Source of the DNA: Vicinamibacterales bacterium
Lineage (GTDB): Bacteria; Acidobacteriota; Vicinamibacteria; Vicinamibacterales; UBA8438
DNA length: 64,000 nucleotides
Assembly: GCA_965261285.1 (NCBI GenBank)
Contig: OZ253457.1
Span: forward strand, 854,760 to 918,759
Direction of reading: 5' to 3'
In this document: piece by piece, positions 7,498 through 16,719 of the stretch
Layout: every line of letters starts with the position of its first letter
Numbering within the stretch: position 1 is the stretch's first letter
Program-made: the position numbers and the translations under genes
The notes under the pieces: model-generated
Told to the model about the DNA's origin: nothing
The model's database searches: none
What the model saw: the letters and a program-made list of their open reading frames with translations, nothing else

Positions 7498-10400
7498 CTA
7501 GAACCGGGCGGTGACCGCGAAGCGGATGACGCGGCCCTCGAGCACGCGCGCGGCCCGCTCCCAGCTCGACAGGCTCTGGTAGCCGGCCCCGGTGCTGCCG
7601 AGGGCGTTCCGCGAGCCGCTGTGGTAGATCTCCACCGCGTTGTTCAGCACGTTGAAGAACTCGAAACGGGCGTCGTAGCGCCAGCTTCCGATGTTGAACA
7701 CCTTCTGCAGGTTGATGTCGAGCTGTGTCCAGTACGGCTCGAACTTCACGCTGTTCAGCGGGATCATCGGAATCCAGTAGCCGCCGGTGCTCGTCGACAC
7801 GGTCGGCGTGTCCGCGATGCGCGATCCCAGCACGCAGGGCGCGACGCAGTGGCCCGGCTGCCCGTAGAGCGCCTCGGAGTAGGTGCCCAGCAGCGGATTG
7901 GACGACGTGCGGTGCACGTAGAGCCCCTCCTGCAGGCCGCCCCAGTCGCCCTGGCCGCCCGGATATGCCTGCAGCGAAGCGGCGAACTGCATGTCGCCGA
8001 TGCCCGGCAGCGAGAACGGCTGGGTGCCCGACAGCTTGAACTCGTTGCGGAACGGCCGCGGGTAGGCGCCGGTGTCGCAGAACCGCAGCTCGTTCGGGTT
8101 GTCGCCGCGCTGCATGATGTCCGAGCAGGTGTTGACCTCGCCGCCGAAACGGCTTCCCGCGCCCCGGTTGTAGTTGTAGATGCTGACCCGCCCGCTGTCC
8201 TCGACCGACCAGCCGCCGAAGATGGTGCCGCCGCCCGCGAGCCGGCCCTGCACGCTCAGCTCGAAACCGCGGTAGACGTTCGAGTAGCCTTCGCCCCTTC
8301 CCGCGTCCCAGAGGTCGGCGGACGTGCGGACGGCGGGATCGATGTTGAAGACGTTGATCGACCCCACGAGGGGATAGGGCCGCAGCACCTCGATGTAGCG
8401 GCCGGTGCCGGCGTAGGCCGGATCGGGGCTGCCGTCGGGCAGGGCCCCGAAGCTCGCGAAGGTGTGCGACAGGTTGTTCTCGGCGAACGTGTTGTGGTAC
8501 GTCCGCTGCCGGTACTCGGCGCTGACCGAGAGGCCAGTGATCACCTCCTGCTGGACGCCGACGGTCCAGATGCGGTTGTACTCGCGCGGGAAGTTGGCCA
8601 GATCGGCGTTCCGCGTCGGGCTGGTGGGCACGCCGAAGGTCGCGGACGACCGCGGTCCGATCTCCCAGTCCTGGGCGATGTCGTCGTGGTTGCTCCCGTA
8701 GGGGTCGAGCCCCGAGCAGGCCCCGTTGCCGCTGGCGTCGACGACCATGTGGCAGTCGAACCAGTCGCGGGTGTCGCTGATGCTCGCCCCGTAGGAGTAG
8801 CGGCTCGGCAGGTCGCCGCCGACGTCGCGCATGTACTTGTTCCACCCGAACTTCAGCGCCGTCCGGGCGTCGCCGAACACGTCGTAGACGGCGCTGAACC
8901 GCGGCGCGAAGTCGGGCCCGAAGCCGGGCAGCTCGGACGCGTCGCGTCCGGTCAGGACGTAGGAGCCCACGAACCGGCCCTGCCCCTTCGGCGTCGCCGG
9001 CACCGAGACCGCCGCGAAGTCGACCCGCAGCCCGTAGTTGAGGGTCAGGCGGTCGATGGTCCACGAGTCCTGCGCGAAGATGCCGCCGTTGTAGTTCAGC
9101 TTGACCGAGGTGTAGGTGGGGTGGCTGAAGACGTTCACCCGGTCGGGGAGCCCCGTGGTTCCGCAGGGAAGACCGGCGGTGATGTTGGCGTCCGCCGCGT
9201 AGTGGTCGCAGGTGACGAAGTCGAGCACGCGGCCTCTCGGGTTGGGGGCGGCGTCGTAGAGCTGCAGGAGGTTGCCGTTGCTCGACCGCGTGAAGCGGTT
9301 GTGCCCCGTGGTGAAGTTCATCCCGAACTTGAAGCTGTGCGACCCGGTGACGTACGACAGCGCGCTCTGGTACGCCCAGCGGTGCGTGTAGTTGTTGACC
9401 TCGCCGTCGTCCTTGGCGCCGTAGATCAGGCCCAGGTAGGTGTCGTTCTTGGCGACCACGCTGTACCACGGATCGCCGCCCATCGACACCGGCATCTGCT
9501 GCATGGCCTCGGGCGAGCCCACGTCCCAGTGGCACGGCGTCTCGGTGCACAGGCCGACGTTGCCGGGCCGCTCCTGGTAGATCGACCCCAACGGGCTGTA
9601 CTGGTAGTAGCTGGGGTCCCAGTCGCCGAAGTGGAGAGAGAAGCCGAACTCGGCCAGCATCCGGTTCGACAGCGTCCCCGTCCACTTCGCGGTCCCGACG
9701 TCGTAGTGCGGCGAGTTCCACGTCGACGCCGCCGTCTCGAGGTCCTCGCCGAAGGCGTGCTGGCTGAAGCGGCGCTTCCGCACCTTGTCGAACATGGCCG
9801 ATATCTTGTGCTGCGACGTCATCTGCCACGTCAGCCGCGCGTTGCCGTTCGTGATGCTGTTCCGGTCGAGGGCCGGGGTCCCGTCGCGGTTGGTGCTGTT
9901 GAGCACCCCGGCGTCGACGACGTTCCTCCGCGCCGTCGCGAAGAACCACAGGCGGTCGCGGACCATCGGGCCGCCGACCGCCGTGTTGAAGTCGTAGACG
10001 ATGTCGAGCTTCGGCACCTCGTCGACGCCCAGGGCCTGGATCCTCTGGTTGATGTTGTCGGCCTGCCAGGCGCCCGGCGTCCCGCCCCCGAAGAAGCTGC
10101 CGCTGTACTGGTTGCCGCCCTCGTTCGGGATCATGTTGATGCGCAGGCCGCCGGTCTGCGTCTCGGCCCCCTGACCCGAGGTCGTGTACGACGTCTCCGC
10201 CGACAGCATCGGGTTCAGGTAGGCCTGGTAGCGGCCGTCGCTGACCATCGAGTTGATCATCATGCCGTCGATCTCGACGGTGGTGTGGGCGGCGTCGAGG
10301 CCGCGGCCCATCATCTCGGACTGCTGCGCGCCCGCGGTGCCCCCCACGTCGGGCTTGTGCACCTTGACGCCCGGAATCAGCAGCGCGTACGACCACATGC

Positions 10401-10845
10401 TGCGCCCGGTCGGAATCGCCTCCTGCGTCTCCCGCGTCAACACCTCGATGCGCTGCACCTGCTGCACGTCGACCACCGGCGTCTCGCCCGACACCGTGAT
10501 GGTCTCCTCGACCGAGCCGACGGCCATCACCACGTCGAGGGGCAGGGCCACGTCGGCGCCGAGGATCAGCTCGTCGCGCACCTGGGTGCCGAAGCCCGGC
10601 AAGGTGAACGAGACCGCGTACACGCCCGGCCGCAGGTCGACGATGTTGTAGTTGCCGGTGGCGTCGCTGAAGACGACGCGAGAGCCTTCGATGAGGACGG
10701 GGCTGGACGCCTCGACCGTCACGCCGGGGAGCACTCCCCCGGTGTCGTCCGTGACCGAGCCCCCGATCGAGCTCTGCGCCACGGCGAGAGCGGGTGCCAG
10801 CAGCAGGACCGCTGCCGTGCTTGCGAGCAACCTTCCGAGTCTCAT
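7498..10845 (-). CDS. TonB-dependent receptor, Oar-like, with N-terminal carboxypeptidase-regulatory-like domain
   Basis: Signal peptide after a GGAGG SD; GSVTDDTGGVLPGVTVEASSP, SVEETITVSGETPVVD, GGPMVRDRLWFF, TLNYGLRVD, C-terminal aromatic RF. Confidence 0.92.
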   Translation of the reverse strand: MRLGRLLASTAAVLLLAPALAVAQSSIGGSVTDDTGGVLPGVTVEASSPVLIEGSRVVFSDATGNYNIVDLRPGVYAVSFTLPGFGTQVRDELILGADVALPLDVVMAVGSVEETITVSGETPVVDVQQVQRIEVLTRETQEAIPTGRSMWSYALLIPGVKVHKPDVGGTAGAQQSEMMGRGLDAAHTTVEIDGMMINSMVSDGRYQAYLNPMLSAETSYTTSGQGAETQTGGLRINMIPNEGGNQYSGSFFGGGTPGAWQADNINQRIQALGVDEVPKLDIVYDFNTAVGGPMVRDRLWFFATARRNVVDAGVLNSTNRDGTPALDRNSITNGNARLTWQMTSQHKISAMFDKVRKRRFSQHAFGEDLETAASTWNSPHYDVGTAKWTGTLSNRMLAEFGFSLHFGDWDPSYYQYSPLGSIYQERPGNVGLCTETPCHWDVGSPEAMQQMPVSMGGDPWYSVVAKNDTYLGLIYGAKDDGEVNNYTHRWAYQSALSYVTGSHSFKFGMNFTTGHNRFTRSSNGNLLQLYDAAPNPRGRVLDFVTCDHYAADANITAGLPCGTTGLPDRVNVFSHPTYTSVKLNYNGGIFAQDSWTIDRLTLNYGLRVDFAAVSVPATPKGQGRFVGSYVLTGRDASELPGFGPDFAPRFSAVYDVFGDARTALKFGWNKYMRDVGGDLPSRYSYGASISDTRDWFDCHMVVDASGNGACSGLDPYGSNHDDIAQDWEIGPRSSATFGVPTSPTRNADLANFPREYNRIWTVGVQQEVITGLSVSAEYRQRTYHNTFAENNLSHTFASFGALPDGSPDPAYAGTGRYIEVLRPYPLVGSINVFNIDPAVRTSADLWDAGRGEGYSNVYRGFELSVQGRLAGGGTIFGGWSVEDSGRVSIYNYNRGAGSRFGGEVNTCSDIMQRGDNPNELRFCDTGAYPRPFRNEFKLSGTQPFSLPGIGDMQFAASLQAYPGGQGDWGGLQEGLYVHRTSSNPLLGTYSEALYGQPGHCVAPCVLGSRIADTPTVSTSTGGYWIPMIPLNSVKFEPYWTQLDINLQKVFNIGSWRYDARFEFFNVLNNAVEIYHSGSRNALGSTGAGYQSLSSWERAARVLEGRVIRFAVTARF

Positions 10846-11110
10846 GCGCGTACCTCCTCCGTCTGATCCGGCACTGGGTCTTCTACTTCCCACCGCAAAC
10901 CATCCTGGACGCCGAGGTTCCGCCGCGAGAAACCGGGAACGTGTCTGGGGAATATCCCTCCTTGAAGTCGTCCGTCTTCGCTCTGCGGCCCCATTCTACA
11001 CGCGTTCCGCCCGCGGATGGCCGTCGGGGCCAGGCGGTCCGGCCATCGGATCGCGGGCGAGGTTCAGGGATTGCCGATTGGCGGGGTGCGTGTCGGGGGA
11101 TTGGGGGCGG

Positions 11111-11250
11111 TAGCCGCGGAACCGCCGTCGGAGGGGCGGTGTGCGTGCTCGAGGGGTTGGGCCGATAGCCGCGGAGCCGCCGTCGGAGGGGCGGGGTGCG
11201 TGGGTCGAGGGGTTGGGCCGGTAGCCGCGGAGCCGCCGCCGGAGGGGCGG
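11111..11250. repeat. ~55-bp intergenic tandem repeat, about 2.5 copies
   Basis: tagccgcgga[a/g]ccgccg[t/c]cggaggggcgg at 11111, 11166 and 11222; the intervening parts are also homologous. Confidence 0.85.
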
Positions 11251-11408
11251 GAGGCTACAAGAATGTTTGTTCGAAGACGCGAATCCACGCGAACGACGGG
11301 GCCGCAGACGACGAACCGTGCCGGAAGGCGTGGCCGCACGTCACCTCCGCCCCGGTTCATGGGCGTGGACGAGCGGTCACGCCGGGCCGCGGCCCGGCTC
11401 GCGCGCAG

Positions 11409-11425
11409 TTGGCACGAATGTTGAT
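11409..11425 (+). promoter_or_regulatory. possible sigma54 (-24/-12) promoter
   Basis: TTGGCACG-AATG-TTGAT; one mismatch at -12 (GA instead of GC), just upstream of ATG 11438. Confidence 0.35.
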
Positions 11426-11437
11426 TCCGAATGCGGC

Positions 11438-12889
11438 ATGGGCACACGAGACTCCCGCTTCCCTGCACGCCCCGGCGCGCGCCGCGGCTTCGCCGCGGTG
11501 GCGGCGCCGCTCCTCTTCTCCGTGGTCGCCTTCGCCGTACCCGGCGCCGCCGGGCCCGCCGACGAGAGCGCGCAGGGCGGCCAGGACATGCCGGCGGTCC
11601 GGGACGCGCGGGCAACCGGGTCGGCGGCGCAAGCCGGAATGGAGGAACCCGCCGACTGGCGCGAGATCCTGCCCGGCCTCACCCTGGGCTCGCAGGTCCG
11701 TCTGCGCACCGAGAGCCGCCGCAACGCCAAGTTCGACGGCGAGCGGTCCGGCAACGACGAGGACTATCTGCTCTCGCGGTTCCGTTTCGGCCTGACCTGG
11801 GACCCCACCGACCGGGTCAGCGGCGTCGTCGAGCTGCAGGATGCCCGCATCCACGGTGAGCGGGCGATCAGCGAGACGCGGACGCCCAACATCTTCGCCG
11901 ACCGGCTCGACTTCCACCAGGCCTACCTGGACGTCGCATCGCCTCCCTCGGGGCGGGTCCGGGCCTCGGTGCGCATCGGACGGCAGAAGCTCGTCTACGG
12001 TGCGCAGCGCATGGTGTCGCCGCTCGAGTGGGTCAACACTGCGCGGGTCTTCGACGGGGTGCGGGTCGAGGTCGGCGCCGGCCCGGGCCGCAAGATCGAC
12101 GCTTTCGCCACCCGGCTCGTCCCGGTCGCGCCGACCGGCTTCAACGACCACCGTCCCACCGGCAGCCGAATGTTCAACAGCCGGCTCCACGGCGTCTACT
12201 ACACCGACGCGGCGCTCGTCCCCGGCGGCGCGGTCGAGGGCTACTGGCTGCTGCGCCGCGCGGCGCGCCTCGACGACGCCGTTCACACCGCGGGCGCCCG
12301 CGTCGAGGCGGGGCACGGGCCCTGGGCCTTCGACGGGGAGCTGGCCGTCCAGGCCGGGCGCTACGGCGGCCTGGCCCACCGGGCCTCGCTCGTCCACGCC
12401 GGCGGCTCCTACGCGACCACCCTCCCGGGCAGGCTGAAGCTCGGGGCCGCGTTCAACCTGGGCAGCGGCGACGACGACCCGGCCGACCGCGTCCACGGCA
12501 CGTTCGACCAGCTCTATCCGCTGGGCCACGCCTACTACGGCTACATGGACCTCTTCGCGCTGCAGAACCTGCGCAACGCCGAGGTCACGGTCGAGGCGGC
12601 GCTCCCTCGCCGCACGACGCTGCGCGTCGCCCTGCACGACTTCGCCCTGGCGGCGCCCGCCACCGACGCGTGGTACGACGTGGGCGGCGCCGTCGTGCAC
12701 CGGGCCGACGGTACGCCCGGCTCGGCCCACGTCGGCAACGAGCTCGACGTGACGCTTCGGTTGCCGGCGGGGCCGGTCGGGCTCGAGATCGGCTACGGGC
12801 GCTTCTTCGGGGGCGCCTACCTGCGCGACGCGGACTTCAGCGAGGACACCGCGGACTTCTTCTACCTGCAGACGCTGGTTGCCTTCTGA
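11438..12889 (+). CDS. alginate export family outer-membrane beta-barrel
   Basis: Signal-like N-terminus; LGSQVRLRTE, LLSRFRFG, LDFHQAYLD, RIGRQKLVYG.QR, ASGDDDP..GTFDQLYPLGH, GNELDV, C-terminal F. Confidence 0.9.
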   Translation: MGTRDSRFPARPGARRGFAAVAAPLLFSVVAFAVPGAAGPADESAQGGQDMPAVRDARATGSAAQAGMEEPADWREILPGLTLGSQVRLRTESRRNAKFDGERSGNDEDYLLSRFRFGLTWDPTDRVSGVVELQDARIHGERAISETRTPNIFADRLDFHQAYLDVASPPSGRVRASVRIGRQKLVYGAQRMVSPLEWVNTARVFDGVRVEVGAGPGRKIDAFATRLVPVAPTGFNDHRPTGSRMFNSRLHGVYYTDAALVPGGAVEGYWLLRRAARLDDAVHTAGARVEAGHGPWAFDGELAVQAGRYGGLAHRASLVHAGGSYATTLPGRLKLGAAFNLGSGDDDPADRVHGTFDQLYPLGHAYYGYMDLFALQNLRNAEVTVEAALPRRTTLRVALHDFALAAPATDAWYDVGGAVVHRADGTPGSAHVGNELDVTLRLPAGPVGLEIGYGRFFGGAYLRDADFSEDTADFFYLQTLVAF

Positions 12890-13031
12890 CCGCCGGTCGC
12901 TGGTTCGACGCGGATGCACCTTGGCAGCCGGCCGTTTCTTGACGCTGGTCGGCGGCCGGCAGTACGCTGATCGAGCCCAACGCGGGGACTGGGGGCCGGG
13001 CCCCGTCTGGAACACGGCCCAGAGAAGATCG

Positions 13032-13247
13032 ATGGACAGGGAGGCCGCCCCGGCCAAGAACGTGTTTGTTGAGATCGCGCAGCAGATCAAGAACAACGTG
13101 CGCGCCCTCAAGCAACAGCCGAATGAGATCGCCGAAGTCGCGGAACGCGTGAAGAAGCGGCAGGCGGAGATCCGCCGGCATGTTGAGGACGCCAATGCCC
13201 GAATCAGACGTGGCATCCGCCCCGCCGGAGAGAAGTTCCGTCTATGA
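13032..13247 (+). CDS. small coiled-coil hypothetical protein (71 aa)
   Basis: ATG 13032 after AGAAGA; helical charged sequence; overlaps the next gene's start; lower GC than the flanks. Confidence 0.55.
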   Translation: MDREAAPAKNVFVEIAQQIKNNVRALKQQPNEIAEVAERVKKRQAEIRRHVEDANARIRRGIRPAGEKFRL

Positions 13248-13645
13248 CTTCCTGTACCACGACCCCCATCGGATAGCCTCCTTCCTCGCGCAGTTCACAC
13301 AGCACGGCCATCTGGAATCGCTCAGCCGTTCGGAGTCCACGGCGGCAGCCACCACCAACAAGAGCGTGGTCACTGGCAGGGCGGGCGTTCCTACTCTCGG
13401 ATCGGTTGGGCGCTCAGGCGAGAGGGCGGCGTCCGGATCTGTGACGGAGGCCCTCACAACGACGTACGATCCGTTATGGGCGAACGCGTTGGCCCTCCTT
13501 GATCATCTCTCACAGCATGGGCTCATTCGCCGGGACGTCACGCGGGCGAGTATCGGCCAATTCGTGCTGGCCCAGGGTGAGCTTGACATCCTGAATCTCG
13601 GGACGCTTCGTGCGGCATGGGCCGAGAACCCAATTACGCCGTTGC
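13210..13645 (+). pseudogene. conserved hypothetical protein, 3'-truncated
   Basis: From GTG 13210: ..SVYDFLYHDPHRIASFLAQF...YDPLWANALALLDHL...IGQFVLAQGEL reads as protein. Past ~13645 the frame is the antisense of a vapC remnant. Confidence 0.55.
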
Positions 13646-13647
13646 TG

Positions 13648-13786
13648 ACAGCGCAACTCCGCCTGGGCGACCGCGGCGAAGAACAGGTCTTCCAGGGGGT
13701 GGTCAGCGGCCCACACCGCGACAGCCGGGGTCTGGCGCCTTGCGCATCAGCTCAGACACGACGTTGGGGTGCAGCAGCACGGACAT
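13648..13786 (-). pseudogene. frameshifted, truncated FitB/VapC PIN toxin
   Basis: MSVLLHPNVVSELMRKAPDP then, in another frame, AVAVWAADHPLEDLFFAAVAQAELR. First catalytic Asp (LDTN) is replaced (LHPN); C-terminal two-thirds are missing. Confidence 0.8.
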
Positions 13787-14039
13787 GTCGCGGGTTCGAG
13801 TCGAAGGACGGCGGATCGCCCCCGGGCTCGCGGGGAGGCAGCACGAGGTCCACGCCGTTGGCGGGCCCGAAGTGCGAGCGGATGATGCTGGTGAGGTTCC
13901 GCGAACTCGGCTTGCGTCCGACGACATCGCCCAGGATCAGACGCGCTTCCTCTTCCATGGAGCGACCGTTGTCCGCCGCACGCACGCGCAGGCGAGTCTT
14001 GACATCGTCGTCGAGGTTGCGAATCGTGATGGTCGCCAT
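13752..14039 (-). CDS. FitA-like ribbon-helix-helix antitoxin (plasmid stability protein)
   Basis: MATITIRNLDDDVKTRLRVRAADNGRSMEEEARLIL...GVDLVLPPREP; the stop appears lost, so it reads into the vapC remnant. Confidence 0.88.
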   Translation of the reverse strand: MATITIRNLDDDVKTRLRVRAADNGRSMEEEARLILGDVVGRKPSSRNLTSIIRSHFGPANGVDLVLPPREPGGDPPSFDSNPRHVRAAAPQRRV

Positions 14040-14456
14040 CCGCCCACGCCCTCCGGTTGTCCGAGGGGGGTAGCTCAGACATCGATTGCGCTGCAATCAC
14101 GGCGCGACGTCTCGGGGTTGGCCGAGCGGTGCATGGCGGCCGCCACTTCGCGTGGGGCGGCGCCGCATGTGCCGGGCCGGGTCACGCTGGCGCGCGAGGG
14201 TCGCGCCCACGTGAGCGCACGGGTCGTCGGGCCGGAACTCCATGCGACCGTCCGCTGCATGACGGCGCAGGATGCAGTGGCGGAGCCGCCGGGGCCGTCT
14301 CCGGCTTGGAAGCAACCTCGCCGCGCTGGAAGGCGATCACGGATTCTGGGGGCTTTTCCCGCGAATCTCGTTGCCGCCGCCCACTTCATGCGCCACGCGA
14401 GCATCCGCTCATTCCTGCGACCGTGGCGATTTCGCCACGGGCTGCTAGCCGAGCCG

Positions 14457-15020
14457 TCAGCGCCGCGGCAAGAGGTTCGCAACCTCGATCACGGCTTCCG
14501 GGCGCGCCAGGGGTGAGACGGTGTCGCCAGCGACGTGGCGTGTGATGGTCTTGTAGCCGTCGTCTCCGGGGTCGCGGTAGACCTCGAGCGTCCGCTCGGG
14601 GATGGCGATTATCCAGTACTCGACGATTCCGCAGCGCGCGTACAGCCTCTGCTTGACCGTCCGGTCCCGCTCGAGCGATTCGTCGGAGACTTCCACGATG
14701 AGCAGGGCCGACGTCGGGTGTGCGTCCTCGTAGTCTCGGATCGTGCCGTTGACGACAGCGATGTCGGGTTCCGGCTCCGAGTCGTCGCCGGTGGCGAGCG
14801 GATGCTGTATCCGCAGGTAGGCGTCGGTGTGAAAGATCCGTGCGAGCTGGCTGGAGGCCAAGTCGATCGCGGTGGTGTGTCGTGTCCCCTCGGGCGTCAT
14901 CGCGTGGAGTTCTCCGTCGACGAGCTCGACCCTCGCGTTGTCGCCGAACACGCCGGCGGCGACCGCGTGGTCGTACTCGGCCCGGCTCAACCGGTACAGG
15001 ACGCTGGTTGTTGTGGACAC
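14457..15020 (-). CDS. Uma2 (DUF820) family PD-(D/E)xK endonuclease
   Basis: RVELVDGEL..M.P...H, SEPEPDIAVV, LLIVEVSD.SL..DR..K..LYAR.GI.EYWII. Confidence 0.93.
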   Translation of the reverse strand: MSTTTSVLYRLSRAEYDHAVAAGVFGDNARVELVDGELHAMTPEGTRHTTAIDLASSQLARIFHTDAYLRIQHPLATGDDSEPEPDIAVVNGTIRDYEDAHPTSALLIVEVSDESLERDRTVKQRLYARCGIVEYWIIAIPERTLEVYRDPGDDGYKTITRHVAGDTVSPLARPEAVIEVANLLPRR

Positions 15021-15139
15021 TTGGCGCCTCGTCGCCTGTATCAGTGCTTCACCACCGCATTACAGCTTCTGCCGGAACGCGTAGGCGTTGAGGGCGTTGC
15101 GCGAACCGCGCAAAGCCATCCAAACAAGCAACTTTGAAA

Positions 15140-15492
15140 TGGTGGAGGCGGCGGGAGTCGAACCCGCGTCCGAGAATACGTCCCCACGGGACTCTACATG
15201 CTTGTCCGCGCCTGTTGTTTCACCACCCGTGTGAGAGCGCGGCCAAAACCGCGGGCGGCTGAGCGTCGAAAAATCTCGCTACGGCCCGTCGTCGCCCCGG
15301 GCCGGAGCCAGCCTGCTGAATGACGTTCCGTCCCGCCCCGCAGGCGAAGGCGAGGGGAACGTCGTCGCCTGATTAGGCGGCGAGAGCGAGCTGCGTGTCC
15401 GCAGTTATGGTGTTTTCCATCGGATTAGCGAGTCGATGGTGCTCGGCATGCATCCCGTGTTCGCCTATCCCCGTCGAAGCCGTGTCGCCCCC
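15140..15492 (-). ncRNA. ssrA: tmRNA; tag peptide (A)ADTQLALAA at 15402..15373
   Basis: 5' GGGGGCGACACGGCTTCGAC; 3' GACGCGGGTTCGACTCCCGCCGCCTCCACCA; resume context ATAACT-GCG followed by GCG GAC ACG CAG CTC GCT CTC GCC GCC TAA; 353 nt. Confidence 0.97.
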
Positions 15493-15555
15493 TTGGTCGA
15501 TGTGCGCCGAGCCGGCGGGGCCGTCGTGGCCCGGCCGCGCCCGACATCTCTGTCG

Positions 15556-15561
15556 ATTATA
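15556..15561 (-). promoter_or_regulatory. -10 box (TATAAT) for ssrA
   Basis: Perfect TATAAT about 65 nt upstream of the mature tmRNA 5' end. Confidence 0.6.
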
Positions 15562-15736
15562 CCGCGGATGCGGGGAGCCATCTCGGGCATGGGCGGGGCC
15601 GGCGCGCGGCGCGAGGCCGCGCTCCGGACGGGCCGCCGGGCTGGATCACCGCGGCGCCGCGGCGGCGGCCGCGCGCGGGCATCAGGCGACCGCGGGGCTC
15701 GGGAGGTGCACGATCCCGCGTATAATTTCACCGGCG

Positions 15737-16711
15737 ATGGTTCTCGAGGACGCGGTGCAACGGTCGGGCGAGAAGCTGCTGCGGCGAATCCGCGAGCAGT
15801 CCGAGCCCGAGATCCGCGGGTTCATCGGCGAGCTGCTCACGGCGGCGGCCCGCGAGCGGGCGGCGGCGCTGGAAGAGGTCCGGCAGCATGCCGACGCGGA
15901 CCGCGAGAAGGCGGTTCGCGACGAGGCCGCCAACGTCCGGGCCGAGGCCGAGCAGGCCATGGAGACGGCGCTGGCGGCGGCCCGTGACGAGGCGGAACGG
16001 GTGCTCGCGCAGCGGGTCGGCGAGGTGCAGGCCGAGACCGAGCGGACCCTGGCCGCCCTGGCCGAGCTCGAGGCGACGGTGGCCGCGGCGCCCGAGCCCC
16101 GGGAGGTGCTGGGCCGGGTCGTCGACGGCGTGCGCCGGCTCGATCGGGCGTCGAGCCTGACCGACGTGCTGAACGCGCTGACCGAGGTGGCGGGGAGCGA
16201 GGCGCGGCGGGCCGGCGTGGTCATCGTCGAGGGCGAGCGCATCCGCGGCTGGCGCTTCGTGGGCTTCGAGCCGGCGCTCGCGCCGGCCGGTCAGGTCGAG
16301 CTCGCCCTCGTCGACGCGGGCATCGTGGGCGAGGCGGCGCGGTCGGCGGCGTCCCGGTCGGTCGTGGCCGGCGCGGAGCCGGGAACGGGGGGCTCGGTGC
16401 CGGCGTTCATGACCCTGCCGTCGGGCGCCAACGCGGTGGCGGTGCCGGTGATGGTCGGCGGCGACGTCAGCGCCATCGTCTACGGCGACGACGGCGGGGG
16501 AGAGCCGCCGGCGGGCTGGCGCGAGTCGCTCGAGATCCTGGCCCGGCACGCGGGCCACTGCCTGGAGGGCCTGACCGCCGCCCGCATGGTCCAGCTCGCG
16601 CGCCTGGACGCGGCCGGGGGCCCGGGGGGCGATGCGCCCGCGCTCGCCTTGGAGAATCGCGACGACGCCCCGGGAGAAGCCGCGCCGACTCCCGCGGGCG
16701 GCCCCGCCTGA
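15737..16711 (+). CDS. coiled-coil plus GAF-like domain hypothetical protein
   Basis: TATAAT at 15721; N-terminal heptads; C-terminal AVAVPVMVGGDVSAIVYGD...LEILARHAG..LE is GAF-like. Confidence 0.7.
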   Translation: MVLEDAVQRSGEKLLRRIREQSEPEIRGFIGELLTAAARERAAALEEVRQHADADREKAVRDEAANVRAEAEQAMETALAAARDEAERVLAQRVGEVQAETERTLAALAELEATVAAAPEPREVLGRVVDGVRRLDRASSLTDVLNALTEVAGSEARRAGVVIVEGERIRGWRFVGFEPALAPAGQVELALVDAGIVGEAARSAASRSVVAGAEPGTGGSVPAFMTLPSGANAVAVPVMVGGDVSAIVYGDDGGGEPPAGWRESLEILARHAGHCLEGLTAARMVQLARLDAAGGPGGDAPALALENRDDAPGEAAPTPAGGPA

Positions 16712-16719
16712 GCCGCCAC

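Noticed and set aside
6934-10866. Very long + strand ORF (1310 aa) and similar 600-1170 aa ORFs (e.g. 20621..24142, 25342..28287, 28025..31024, 37377..40532, 41975..44803, 50680..53493)
   Set aside because: These are antisense or alternate-frame shadows of real genes; stop codons are rare at this GC and the products have no motifs.
11111-11250. CRISPR mini-array
   Set aside because: The whole ~55-bp unit is repeated, with no unique spacers.
13180-14073. Intact 297-aa CDS
   Set aside because: The second half is the antisense of the vapC remnant and fitA; treated as a truncated gene.
14100-14456. Integrase or transposase remnant next to tmRNA
   Set aside because: No tyrosine- or serine-recombinase or DDE motifs in any frame.
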